From Candidatus Electrothrix sp. GW3-4 (GTDB lineage: Bacteria > Desulfobacterota > Desulfobulbia > Desulfobulbales > Desulfobulbaceae), in NCBI RefSeq assembly GCF_037902255.1, contig NZ_CP147990.1, positions 2,070,001 through 2,102,000 on the forward strand: a stretch of 32,000 nt of DNA. Reading direction: 5' to 3'. Below the pieces are notes generated by a model. That model ran no database searches. It was not told the DNA's origin and saw nothing but the letters and a program-made list of their open reading frames with translations. The translations under genes and the position numbers were made by a program. Shown one piece after another: positions 16,592 to 25,758 of the stretch. Positions within the stretch are counted from its first letter, which is position 1. Every line of letters starts with the position of its first letter.

Positions 16592-16985
16592 AACTCTCCT
16601 CCTTGTGCAGACAAGCACTTGAGCAGTAAATAAGGCTGTTCTCCGCTCATGATCTCACTGCAACCGCATGCACTTCCAGTCGTTTTCTCCCCCGAAAACA
16701 GGACTCCTTAAGACGAAACCCCAAGTCCACCCTGCCAGCCACAGCAGAGGCATGCTGTTCTGACATCTTTTTCTTACCACAGCCTGGTTGCCTCACCCTT
16801 CCCTGCTTCTTCATAACTCTCCTCCTTGTGCAGACAAGCACTTGAGCAGTAAATAAGGCTGTTCTCCGCTCATGATCTCACTGCAACCGCATGCACTTCC
16901 AGTCGTTTTCTCCCCCGAAAACAGGACTCCTTAAGACGAAACCCCAAGTCCACCCTGCCAGCCACAGCAGAGGCATGCTGTTCTG
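16540..16985. repeat. perfect tandem duplication, 2 x 223 bp (16540..16762 = 16763..16985)
   Basis: Base-by-base comparison of the two units shows identity. The unit contains the last 116 bp of recJ, the intergenic spacer and the first 16 codons of the small ORF. Confidence 0.95.
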
Positions 16986-18639
16986 CCATGAAAAAACCAA
17001 TACCACTGAACCGAGTACCGTTGAGACGGAGTGAAAACTTGAGATGTTCGCGCAGACAATGAACCTCCTCCAGCTGCACATCTTGGACAAGAAAAACCGG
17101 CTCCGGGTTGCCCTCGCCAAAGGGCTCCATGAGCTGTAAGCCTCGCAGGATCTCCTGGCAATCCTGTTTCGTATCCAACAGGGCATCCACCATGATGCCC
17201 TGCTGTTGCTCATCGCGTTCCATTTCCTGGACCTGGCTGTCAAACAGGGCGCCAAAGGCGGCAAAGGCATCTTGGCGCACAGTGAGTCCTGCGGCCATGG
17301 CATGACCTCCAAAACGGAGAATTTGTTCCTGACAGAGCTCAAGGGCCCGGTGGAGATCAAGTCCGGGCACAGAACGGCCTGACCCCTTGACCACCGCCAC
17401 CTCCCCCTCCTCTGTGAGATAGGGCGGAATATCGCCGGTGAAGACTAAGGATGGCAGCTGAAAACGATCCACCATCCGGGAGGCAATAATGCCGATGACC
17501 CCTACATGCCAGTTCCTGCCGTACAGCACCAGGCTCTCCATGCCCTCTTTGAGCTGTTCCTCGGCCTGGCGTACCGCCTCATCCAAGACCGCTGCCTCAA
17601 GCTTCCGCCGGAGGAGATTGGCCTGCTCCAGTTCCTGGGCCAGGCCTTTCGCGGTATCAGTTCCACTGAGAAGAAGATCCGCAGCCAGCTGAGGATTGCC
17701 CAATCGACCTGCAGCATTGATCCGGGGGGCCAGCTGATAGGCAATATCCTCAGCAGTGATCAAGCCCTGCCCAGTGCCAGTGACCTTGCACAGGGCCCGG
17801 ATCCCGGGCCTGCTCCGTTCCCCCAGGACCTCCAACCCGGCCCTGACCAGCGTCCGATTTACTCCAGTCAGCTGCATCACGTCCGCCACTGTGCCCAGGG
17901 CCACCAGATCCAACGCATCACGCAGGTTAGGCATGGTGTCCTGGGTCCAAAAGCCCTGTTGCACCATCCTGCGACGCAGGGCCATAACCAGAAAAAAGGC
18001 CACTCCGACCCCGGAGAGCTCCTTATAGGCAAACTCGCACCCCTGTTGGCGTGGGTTGATCACAGCATCGGCCTGGGGTATCCTGTCCGCATCACTGGGC
18101 GGTTGATGGTGGTCAGTGATAATAACCCGAAAGCCCAGCTCCTGGGCATAGGCCACCTCATCCGCTGTGTTGATGCCGCAGTCCACAGTCATCAACAGGG
18201 CAGGCATGCGCACCTTTTCTGCCAAGGCAGCCACGGATTTCATAGTCAGGCCATAATCATCGGTCAGACGATTGGGGAGATGCCAGATCGCCTTGACACC
18301 AAGCTTGGCCAAAAAATCAGTCAGGAGCACAGTGGCAGTGATGCCGTCCACGTCGTAATCTCCGTGGATCACCACCTGCTGTCCGTCCTGAATGGTCTCA
18401 GCCAGGAGATCAACAGCGGCCTCCAGCCCCTTCAGGGCTGTTGGAGAGGGTAACTCAGCCAGCTGTGGCGCGAGAAAGGGGGCAGCGGCTTCCGGGCTTG
18501 TCACCCCGCGCCGACAGAGGAGTTCGGCAATGATCTCGGGTAGACGGAGGTCATGGGCCAGTTTCTGACTCCATGCCGTCTCGCTTGGAGTCAAAGGGGG
18601 GGGGAGGATATAGGGTGTTTGTTTTTTTGCGGTGGTCAA
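16870..18639 (-). CDS. recJ: single-stranded-DNA-specific exonuclease RecJ
   Basis: ORF 16870..18879. DHH-family motifs VIHGDYDVDGITA, VIITDHHQP and GGHAMAAG, plus N-terminal LPEIIAELLCRRGV. There is no in-frame ATG near the true N-terminus. Candidate TTG starts are at 18639 (used) and 18594, so the start is uncertain. Confidence 0.85.
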   Translation of the reverse strand: MTTAKKQTPYILPPPLTPSETAWSQKLAHDLRLPEIIAELLCRRGVTSPEAAAPFLAPQLAELPSPTALKGLEAAVDLLAETIQDGQQVVIHGDYDVDGITATVLLTDFLAKLGVKAIWHLPNRLTDDYGLTMKSVAALAEKVRMPALLMTVDCGINTADEVAYAQELGFRVIITDHHQPPSDADRIPQADAVINPRQQGCEFAYKELSGVGVAFFLVMALRRRMVQQGFWTQDTMPNLRDALDLVALGTVADVMQLTGVNRTLVRAGLEVLGERSRPGIRALCKVTGTGQGLITAEDIAYQLAPRINAAGRLGNPQLAADLLLSGTDTAKGLAQELEQANLLRRKLEAAVLDEAVRQAEEQLKEGMESLVLYGRNWHVGVIGIIASRMVDRFQLPSLVFTGDIPPYLTEEGEVAVVKGSGRSVPGLDLHRALELCQEQILRFGGHAMAAGLTVRQDAFAAFGALFDSQVQEMERDEQQQGIMVDALLDTKQDCQEILRGLQLMEPFGEGNPEPVFLVQDVQLEEVHCLREHLKFSLRLNGTRFSGIGFFMAEQHASAVAGRVDLGFRLKESCFRGRKRLEVHAVAVRS

Positions 18640-18909
18640 GGTAAGGTCTTCGGGACGGTGAGGGTTAGAGATGTAGATGTTTTTTATCTTAATTATGATG
18701 GCCTGGTAAAAAGTCAGAAAACAGCAATTCGCTAACGGCAACTCAACGAGTTGCAATACGATTTTTCGCAAAATTGGACTTTTTACAAAACCACCAATTA
18801 TCGTGAAGGCGATCCCTTGTACCCCACCTGTTTGGGCTGTAAAAAAGCAAGGGTCTGCCAGGTGAGATGCTCTTCGCAATGAGACAAATGAGGTCGCCCT
18901 ACACCAATC

Positions 18910-19722
18910 TCAGGTTGTATCCAGAGCAGAGATAAAGCGAGACAATGCATCATAGGTACAGCCATAACAGCGAAAGGGATTCTTCTTGCCCCGAATGTCA
19001 ATGGTGTATAAGTGAAAAGTAGCTGTCGGCTCAGGAAGATAACGGTAAGCTGTTTCTCCTATGACAACATCACTGTGAAGACGGGACGCCTGCTCTTCAA
19101 GGCGGAACGCAACATTGACCGAATCTCCTATTATAGTATAATCACGATTACTTGCCACACCAATATTACCGACAACGGCATCACCTGTATTTAATGCTGT
19201 CCAGAGACAGAGTGCCTCCTTGATCTCAGGGAAGTACTTGCCGAGCTCTGCAGTCTGTTTCTGCATTTTATCGGCAGCGGTAAGGGCCTGAACCACCTGT
19301 GCCTGTCCGTCCTCACCACTCCAGACGGCCAAGACGGCGTCGCCTATAAACTTATCCACCTCACCGCCGTTCTCTGTGACAATATCGCTCATCGCCTTGT
19401 ACCAAAGCCGGAGCAGTTCGCCGATGCGTTCTACGCCGAGTTGCTCAGACAGGGCCGTATAACTGCGGATATCACAGACAAGAATGCACACCCTTTTCTG
19501 TTGCAGACAGACAACGGTTTCATCAACAGGAAATTCGGCGCTATGCTTCAGGGTGTCAGGCGCTGTCTCCTGGGTAAATATCAGCTCGGTGTTCCCCATA
19601 GTGATAATATCACCCGTTGCAAGTTTGACCGGGGCAAGAATCAGTTTATGGTTCAACAGAGTGCCGTTGGCACTTCCGAGGTCAAGGATCGTATAGGTAT
19701 CGTTCTCATCTTTTTGAATCAT
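18910..19722 (-). CDS. FHA domain + class III adenylate/guanylate cyclase; as an intact ORF it lacks the FHA core, which continues upstream to about 19883 (see finding)
   Basis: Cyclase blocks VCDIRSYTA, DKFIGDAVLAVW, ALNTGDAVVGNIG, YTIIGDSVNVAFRLEE. The N-terminal TILDLGSANGTLLN is only the distal half of an FHA domain. The GR…SxxH half is encoded in the same frame upstream of the first ATG. Confidence 0.8.
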   Translation of the reverse strand: MIQKDENDTYTILDLGSANGTLLNHKLILAPVKLATGDIITMGNTELIFTQETAPDTLKHSAEFPVDETVVCLQQKRVCILVCDIRSYTALSEQLGVERIGELLRLWYKAMSDIVTENGGEVDKFIGDAVLAVWSGEDGQAQVVQALTAADKMQKQTAELGKYFPEIKEALCLWTALNTGDAVVGNIGVASNRDYTIIGDSVNVAFRLEEQASRLHSDVVIGETAYRYLPEPTATFHLYTIDIRGKKNPFRCYGCTYDALSRFISALDTT

Positions 19723-20052
19723 CGCGTGCCGACGGGATACCCAGGAGTACGGCAGAACGATATCGTTCCCCAGACTGCGACCAATACCTATATTGTCGGC
19801 AGCAAGGACCCATTTCTCCCTGGCTTCTGACGAATTAAAGACATGCAGCGTGGCGGCCTGGGGGTAACTAAGGAAGATGCCATAAACCCACCTCTCGATT
19901 GACGGTCAATTGTGCGCAACTCAAACGACATACTACATATTTTTTATATATAACCGCTGAGGGCGGACTGAACAAGCTGTTTTTCATCAAGGTCATAAGG
20001 GGCCGTACCGATTACATCGGTGGTATCCCCATGCAGGCTCTCAAAAAAAAAA

Positions 20053-21891
20053 CTACTCTACAGTCACACTCTTGGCCAGATTCCTCGGTTGATCCACATC
20101 ACAACCGCGTCGATTGGCGATCTCATAGGAGAGCAGCTGAGCCGGAATGGTATAGAGCAGGGGATTAAGTTCTTCGTGAACCTTAGGCAGATAAAGGATA
20201 TCATCGGTCAATTCAGCAAGATGCTTATCACCCACTGTGCCGATCAGCAGGAGTCTCCCCTGGCGGGCCCGAATTTCTTCCACATTGGAGATGGTTTTCT
20301 GATACACCGAGTCCTGCGGCACCAGAGCCATCACCGGCATGTCCTTATCGATCAAAGCGATAGGCCCATGTTTCAGTTCACCAGCAGCATAGCCTTCTGC
20401 ATGAATATAAGAGATCTCCTTCAACTTGAGGGCACCTTCCAGGGCGATAGGGAAATTCAGGCCCCGACCAATAAAAAGAAAATCCTTTGCATCATAATAG
20501 CCTTCAATCATCTCCCGAATCTGCTCCTGCATGACCGGCAGGGTTGCGTCAATCACGGCAGCAATATCAACGAGCGCTGCTCCCAGCTCTTTGAGCGTGT
20601 CCCGGTCAATGGTCTGCCGCACCTGGCCAAGGTACAGGGTAAACAGGAAAAGGGCCGAGAGCTGACAGGTAAAGGCCTTGGTGGAGGCCACCCCGATTTC
20701 GGGGCCAGCATGGGTGTAGATCACACCATCTGCCTCCCTGGTCATGGTGGAGCCGACCACATTACAGATAGTCACCACCCTGGAACCCAGTGAGGCTGCC
20801 AAACGGATACCTGCCAGGGTGTCTGCGGTTTCTCCGGATTGGGAGATGGAGACAGTCAGGACCCGCTCATTAAGCAAGAGTCGGCGATAACGAAACTCCG
20901 AGGCAATGTCCACATCCACCGGAATACCAGCCCATTTTTCAATCCAATACTTAGCGACCAAGGCAGCGTGCCAGGAGGTTCCACAGGCCACCAAGGCAAT
21001 GCGCTCAATACCCCGCAGTTCCTCATCAGAAAGGCCGATCTCGGGCAGGTCAATTTCTCCTGTATCCGGGACAATCCTACCGCTCACCGTGTTGAGCACA
21101 GCCTGAGGTTGTTCATAGATCTCTTTGAGCATGAAATGCTTATAGCCTGCCTTCTCGGCCATAGCAGCATTCCAGTTAATCGTCTTGACCTCTTTGGAAA
21201 TTTCCTGCCCGCTTTCAATCCCCATGATAGTATAGGAGCCTTTTGCAAGCACGGCCAATTCATGGTCATCAAGAAAGATAACCTCCTTAGTATAGGGAAG
21301 CAGGGCCGGGATATCCGAGGCCAGATAGCAGGCATCGGCATCCACGCCCATGACCAAGGGGCTCTGGTTACGGGCAGCAACGAGTCTGCCCGGGTCCTGC
21401 AACCACATCACACCCAAGGCATAAGAGCCGTCAACCCGGGCTAAGGCTGTGCGCACAGCAGTCACCAAATCGTCTTCAAGGTATTTTTCAATCAAATGAG
21501 CCAGGACCTCGGTATCGGTGTCTGAGGAGAAGCGATGCCCATCTGCGAGGAGTTCCTGCTTGAGCTGACCGTAATTCTCAATAATCCCATTATGCACCAC
21601 CACCAGTTCACCTGTACAGTCAGAATGGGGATGGGCATTATCCTCTGTCGGTGCTCCGTGGGTGGCCCAGCGGGTGTGCCCCAGACCGGTATGAGCGTCT
21701 GCCCCGATATACTCATCAACCGCCCCTTCCAGATTGATCAGTTTCCCGGCAGCCCGAAATTTCACTAATGCATTCTGATATTGATAAACGAGACCGGCTG
21801 AATCGTATCCTCGATACTCCAAACGGCGTAACCCTTCCAGCAATACCGGTATGACCTTTCGATTCCCGGTATAACCGACTATTCCACACAT
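20053..21891 (-). CDS. glmS: glutamine--fructose-6-phosphate aminotransferase (isomerising)
   Basis: ORF 20053..21930. Start at ATG 21891 behind GGAG gives the obligatory N-terminal MCGIVGY. Two SIS-domain blocks are present and the C-terminus is …NLAKSVTVE. Confidence 0.95.
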   Translation of the reverse strand: MCGIVGYTGNRKVIPVLLEGLRRLEYRGYDSAGLVYQYQNALVKFRAAGKLINLEGAVDEYIGADAHTGLGHTRWATHGAPTEDNAHPHSDCTGELVVVHNGIIENYGQLKQELLADGHRFSSDTDTEVLAHLIEKYLEDDLVTAVRTALARVDGSYALGVMWLQDPGRLVAARNQSPLVMGVDADACYLASDIPALLPYTKEVIFLDDHELAVLAKGSYTIMGIESGQEISKEVKTINWNAAMAEKAGYKHFMLKEIYEQPQAVLNTVSGRIVPDTGEIDLPEIGLSDEELRGIERIALVACGTSWHAALVAKYWIEKWAGIPVDVDIASEFRYRRLLLNERVLTVSISQSGETADTLAGIRLAASLGSRVVTICNVVGSTMTREADGVIYTHAGPEIGVASTKAFTCQLSALFLFTLYLGQVRQTIDRDTLKELGAALVDIAAVIDATLPVMQEQIREMIEGYYDAKDFLFIGRGLNFPIALEGALKLKEISYIHAEGYAAGELKHGPIALIDKDMPVMALVPQDSVYQKTISNVEEIRARQGRLLLIGTVGDKHLAELTDDILYLPKVHEELNPLLYTIPAQLLSYEIANRRGCDVDQPRNLAKSVTVE

Positions 21892-22271
21892 GGCGACTCC
21901 AAGAGAATTATGATGATTAACGAAATACAAAAAAATACGCTGATAGTTTTCAAGCTGTTCCTCTGCTCAAAATATCCCGAAAAAACGAAACACGTCGAAC
22001 AAAGATAAAAAAAGATATCATATCGATTCGATAAAGGACACAGAAAAAACACCTTCCAATAATCGGGAAAATATTTACAGGCCGCGGCAAAGGCAGTATC
22101 TTGTTCTGGTGGAAAAATGCATCCCTCTAAGGTTGGATTGAGTATTCTGTCGCAGGAGTTTCTGTGCAGGAAACGACACATGACGTTGCCCTCTTGCTCT
22201 TGGATGACCCAACCTCTTAAACTCGCCCTGTACTAATCAAGCAAAAATATGGGCGACAGCATAACATATGA

Positions 22272-22736
22272 ATGATGATGAGTACTCAGGATAAGAAAAA
22301 AACAGGCTGTGGCACCACCAACAACATACGGAAAAAGGCAGGTGTTGTTACCTATAGGTATAGCGAGAATAATCAGGAGCCCTTGGTACTCCTGGTCTCG
22401 GCCCGCAAGGTCAAAGGGTCGTGGGTCTTTCCTGTTGGTGGAATTGATCCTGGAGAAACTCCAGAAATCGCAGCTGCCCGGGAATGTGAAGAGGAGTCCG
22501 GCTACTGTGTTGAGATTGGCAAGGAGCTGGCACCGATTGAATCATGCAATGGTCCCCAACCAGCCCTTTTCATCTTCTTTTTAGCCACAGTATCAGGGGA
22601 GAAGGAGTCCTGGGAGACCGACAGGACCAGGGAATGGGTTCCTCTTTCCCAAGCAAAAGACAGGCTGCCCTCCTTTTTTCATAGCGTGGCAGAGGAAGCT
22701 GCTCGCTACCTTACTGAGCAGCAAAAAAACTCCTAA
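22272..22736 (+). CDS. NUDIX hydrolase
   Basis: Nudix box GGIDPGETPEIAAARECEEESGY, matching G-x5-E-x7-REUxEExGU. Confidence 0.85.
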   Translation: MMMSTQDKKKTGCGTTNNIRKKAGVVTYRYSENNQEPLVLLVSARKVKGSWVFPVGGIDPGETPEIAAARECEEESGYCVEIGKELAPIESCNGPQPALFIFFLATVSGEKESWETDRTREWVPLSQAKDRLPSFFHSVAEEAARYLTEQQKNS

Positions 22737-22830
22737 GCAATTCTTAAAAAAAACACCCCCCTTTTTAGATGCTGCAGGACTGTAGGGCCGACCTGCTAAC
22801 AAGGAAGACACCATTAAGGATATTATACAA

Positions 22831-23391
22831 ATGAATACAGCGGATGAACGAAAGAGACTAAAAGAATTACTCCTTGAAAAATCATATCGCCAGGGTACTT
22901 TTACCCTGACCTCAGGAAAAACGTCAGATTTTTATATTGATGGCAAGCAAACTACCCTGGATGCTGAAGGTGGGTACCTCTGCGGCCGTCTCCTCTTTGA
23001 ACTGATCAAAGAGGCTCCAGAAAAAATCGGGAGCGTTGGCGGTATGACCTTAGGTGCAGATCCTCTGGTGACCGCAGTCTCCGTTGTCAGCCATTTAGAA
23101 GGCAGCGCGATTCCTGCTTTTATAGTTCGCAAAGAGGCCAAGGGGCACGGTACAGGCAATTATATAGAAGGAAAGAACAATCTGGAACCTGGGAGCTCTG
23201 TCGCGCTGGTTGAGGATGTGGTAACTACGGGTGGAACCCTGATCAAGGTTATTGAACGGGTAGAAAATGAAGGCTTTACAGTTGGCCTTGTTGTGACGGT
23301 GGTTGATCGAGAGGAAGGCGGTGCGGAAGTACTTGCTCAGGCTGGCTACCCCTTAAAAGCCATTTTTACCCGAACAGAGCTTATGGGTTAA
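22831..23391 (+). CDS. pyrE: orotate phosphoribosyltransferase
   Basis: 186 aa. Blocks FTLTSGKTSDFYIDG and the PRPP-binding loop VALVEDVVTTGGT. Confidence 0.9.
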   Translation: MNTADERKRLKELLLEKSYRQGTFTLTSGKTSDFYIDGKQTTLDAEGGYLCGRLLFELIKEAPEKIGSVGGMTLGADPLVTAVSVVSHLEGSAIPAFIVRKEAKGHGTGNYIEGKNNLEPGSSVALVEDVVTTGGTLIKVIERVENEGFTVGLVVTVVDREEGGAEVLAQAGYPLKAIFTRTELMG

Positions 23392-23410
23392 GCAACCAAG
23401 GAGCGCCTTT

Positions 23411-23581
23411 ATGCAATGCAAAAAATGTAATGCTAAACTGGAAGTGAATCGGCAATGTCGTCGGGTCCGCCTGAAATGCCGAAACTGTCAACAGGAATAC
23501 CAGATTCACGAGGTGGCAGCGGATCTGGATGCGGAAACCGAAAAACTGCTGGAGCAGTACACCTGCATTATCTACGACTGA
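23411..23581 (+). CDS. small zinc-ribbon protein, 56 aa (two CxxC pairs); not in the ORF track
   Basis: ATG 23411 lies 9 nt after AAGGAG (23396..23401). Translation: MQCKKCNAKLEVNRQCRRVRLKCRNCQQEYQIHEVAADLDAETEKLLEQYTCIIYD. CxxC pairs are at residues 3-6 and 23-26. It starts 19 nt after the pyrE stop. Confidence 0.6.
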   Translation: MQCKKCNAKLEVNRQCRRVRLKCRNCQQEYQIHEVAADLDAETEKLLEQYTCIIYD

Positions 23582-23921
23582 GCTCAGCATAACCAGCCGT
23601 ACGACCATCCTCTCTCGCTCTGTGTTGGGCGATGGATTTTTCCAACGCCCACAGAACTGGCCAAGGAGACATAGACCTCCTGTTTTTGCTCTCAGCTCCC
23701 TTTACGCAATGTTACAGGATTATCCAGACAGCTTTTCATATTAACGCTCAACAAAAAGCGCCTATGTTATCAAACATACGTCTTACGTTTTGCCGTAATT
23801 TATGCAGATACTTTCTCTAACGCGGGCTTTGCCCGCAACCCAATGACTGTAGAAGTAGAGCCGTTCCTCATGTAAAATGAAAGTATCCCAACAACTTTCC
23901 AGATACAAAAAGGAACGACTC

Positions 23922-25487
23922 ATGAAAGCATTAATAGACAGGTTCTCCAGTTCAGTCAAGGGCGTACTCTCAGGATTTGATCGTATTGTTTTCAAAGGAT
24001 GGCTTCTGCCCCTGATGTCCGCCTCCCAGGTAATGAGCTTTCTCAGTTTTAAAGGCGTACTCAACAAAGACTATAAAAACTGGATGATTGCCCAAACAAG
24101 AGAGATAGTCAACACTGCGGACCAATATGCCCGTGATAACTGTGGATCTCCCATTATCAAGATTCCGACATGGCGTATTCGAAAAGAAGAACTTGCCCAT
24201 AAACGCCAACAGCAGGAACAGATTAAAACCGGACTGATCGGCGTCTGGTCCTGTATGGAAAGTGCCTCATCTTACCGGGCTGTGTATTGCAAACAGGCGG
24301 GTTTCCCGCAAATCAAAAATTATCAAACCCAATGTAAGCATCTGTATTTTTACTTTGATGACAGAGAGTTCGGTTTTATGAACATACGGTTGCAGACCTG
24401 GTTTCCCTACCATATCCAGATGTGCCTCAACGGTCGTGAATGGCTGCGCCGGGGACTTGAACAGGAAGGTATTGACTTTCATGTTCACGGAAACAAGTTT
24501 CTCCATATTGCCGATTACCAAAAAGCGCAACAACTGCTCGACCAACAGCTGAACATCCGTTTTACAGATATACTTGACGGCTTTACGCAACGAGTTTTTC
24601 CCGGAATGGAAGATATTCTCGGACCACATTTTTCGTATTATTGGACCTTATGGCAGAGCGAATGGGCCACGGATCTTATTTTCTACAACCCCGATTCCAT
24701 AAAAGATCGTATGGATACTTTGTTGCGGCACGCCCATATAATCGGGACAAGCACTCGCGTCCTGCGTTATCTTGATCGACCTCTGACCAAAGCCGGTCGC
24801 CCTGATGGCCGTTCTCATGATACTGTTATGACTCGCCTCACGGATTTCAACGACGGTATGTGTATTCGCCACTGGAATGATAAGAATTCTGTTAAATTGT
24901 ACAATGAGCAGAATAATGTCCGAGTGGAAACAACCATCAATGATCCCAGAAAATTTAAAGTATTTCGCCACAAACAGGGTCAGGATGAAAACGAACCGAA
25001 GCAACGATTGCCCATGCGCAAAGGCGTAATGGATATACCGTTGCGGGCATCGGTTTCTCAGGATGTCAACAATCGCTTTATGGAGGATCTTGCGACGCTG
25101 GAGGAGAAGACTCCGATTCGTTCGTTTCTTGACGATTTGACTGTTCATATAACGAAAAACGGTCGTCGTTTTCGTGGCCTTGATCCGGTCGGTAAGGACC
25201 AGGAGCTACTTCTTGCTTTGTCCGATCCCGCATACATGGTTTCCGGTCTAACCAACAAAATGCTTCGGGAGCGGTTGTCGAGTACTCCTTTTGGCTCCAG
25301 TCGCACGGACAAACAGTTATCAGCCAAAATAAGTCGTCACCTTCGACTGTTGAGGAGTCACGGAATTATCCGAAAACTTCCCCGGCAGAATAGATATCAG
25401 GTGACCACCAGGGGGATGCGGTTGACCAATGCCCTGAATGCGTTGTTAGCGGCATCCATTGAAAATCTTTTAAAAATCGCCGCTTGA
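23922..25487 (+). CDS. large uncharacterised protein (521 aa) with a C-terminal winged-helix-like segment; family not recognised
   Basis: ORF 23877..25487. Start at ATG 23922 behind AAGGAA. Conserved-looking blocks: GFDRIVFKGWL, YFYFDDREFGFMNIRLQTWFPYHIQMCLNGREWL, VRVETTINDPRKF. The C-terminal ISRHLRLLRSHGIIRKLPRQNRYQVTTRG resembles a MarR/wHTH recognition unit. I cannot assign a function. Confidence 0.7.
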   Translation: MKALIDRFSSSVKGVLSGFDRIVFKGWLLPLMSASQVMSFLSFKGVLNKDYKNWMIAQTREIVNTADQYARDNCGSPIIKIPTWRIRKEELAHKRQQQEQIKTGLIGVWSCMESASSYRAVYCKQAGFPQIKNYQTQCKHLYFYFDDREFGFMNIRLQTWFPYHIQMCLNGREWLRRGLEQEGIDFHVHGNKFLHIADYQKAQQLLDQQLNIRFTDILDGFTQRVFPGMEDILGPHFSYYWTLWQSEWATDLIFYNPDSIKDRMDTLLRHAHIIGTSTRVLRYLDRPLTKAGRPDGRSHDTVMTRLTDFNDGMCIRHWNDKNSVKLYNEQNNVRVETTINDPRKFKVFRHKQGQDENEPKQRLPMRKGVMDIPLRASVSQDVNNRFMEDLATLEEKTPIRSFLDDLTVHITKNGRRFRGLDPVGKDQELLLALSDPAYMVSGLTNKMLRERLSSTPFGSSRTDKQLSAKISRHLRLLRSHGIIRKLPRQNRYQVTTRGMRLTNALNALLAASIENLLKIAA

Positions 25488-25733
25488 TTTTCTTGTTTTT
25501 TATAGCAGGAGTTGAGGGGTAAGGCACTAATAACTTTCGGCTCAATTTTACAGGTAAAAAAGCCTGTTGAAGGGTAAAAGTTATTATCAAAACTTAGAGG
25601 TTGCTGTACTAGTACAGCCGGGCGCAAATTACCCTATTCTTTTTGGAGCCGCTTTTTCACTTTTTATAAAGCATTCTGCGCTAAAAAGTAGCGTGAGACT
25701 GCCGCACTGTACCAGCCTTTCGGCTGGCAACAA

Positions 25734-25758
25734 GGGAGCAGAGAACCTTCCTGCTCCC
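25734..25758. terminator. GC-rich hairpin downstream of ilvC, possibly a bidirectional terminator
   Basis: Stem GGGAGCAG / CTGCTCCC (8 bp) with a 9-nt loop. It is followed by TTTCTCTC on the + strand and TTGTTGCC on the - strand. It starts 22 nt beyond the ilvC stop. Confidence 0.45.

Noticed and set aside
17506-18453. 315-aa + strand ORF, plus several shorter ones, opposite recJ
   Set aside because: It lies entirely within and antisense to recJ, which has clear DHH-family motifs. It has a Pro/Gly/Gln-rich shadow composition.
20000-20031. Hairpin GGGGCCGTACCGAT-TAC-ATCGGTGGTATCCCC downstream of glmS as a terminator
   Set aside because: The stem is interrupted, and on the glmS strand the T run precedes rather than follows the hairpin.
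20020-21444. + strand ORFs 20020..20793 and 20839..21444 (257 and 201 aa)
   Set aside because: They are antisense to glmS, whose identity is unambiguous.
21892-22200. Looked for a glmS ribozyme or other leader in the roughly 300-nt region upstream of glmS; also ORF 21879..22181
   Set aside because: I could not find the conserved ribozyme core strings in the reverse-strand reading. The 100-aa ORF is AT-rich and low in complexity, and it overlaps the glmS start. Only a small 6-1-6 palindrome TATCGATTCGATA (22021..22033) stands out, and that is weak evidence on its own.
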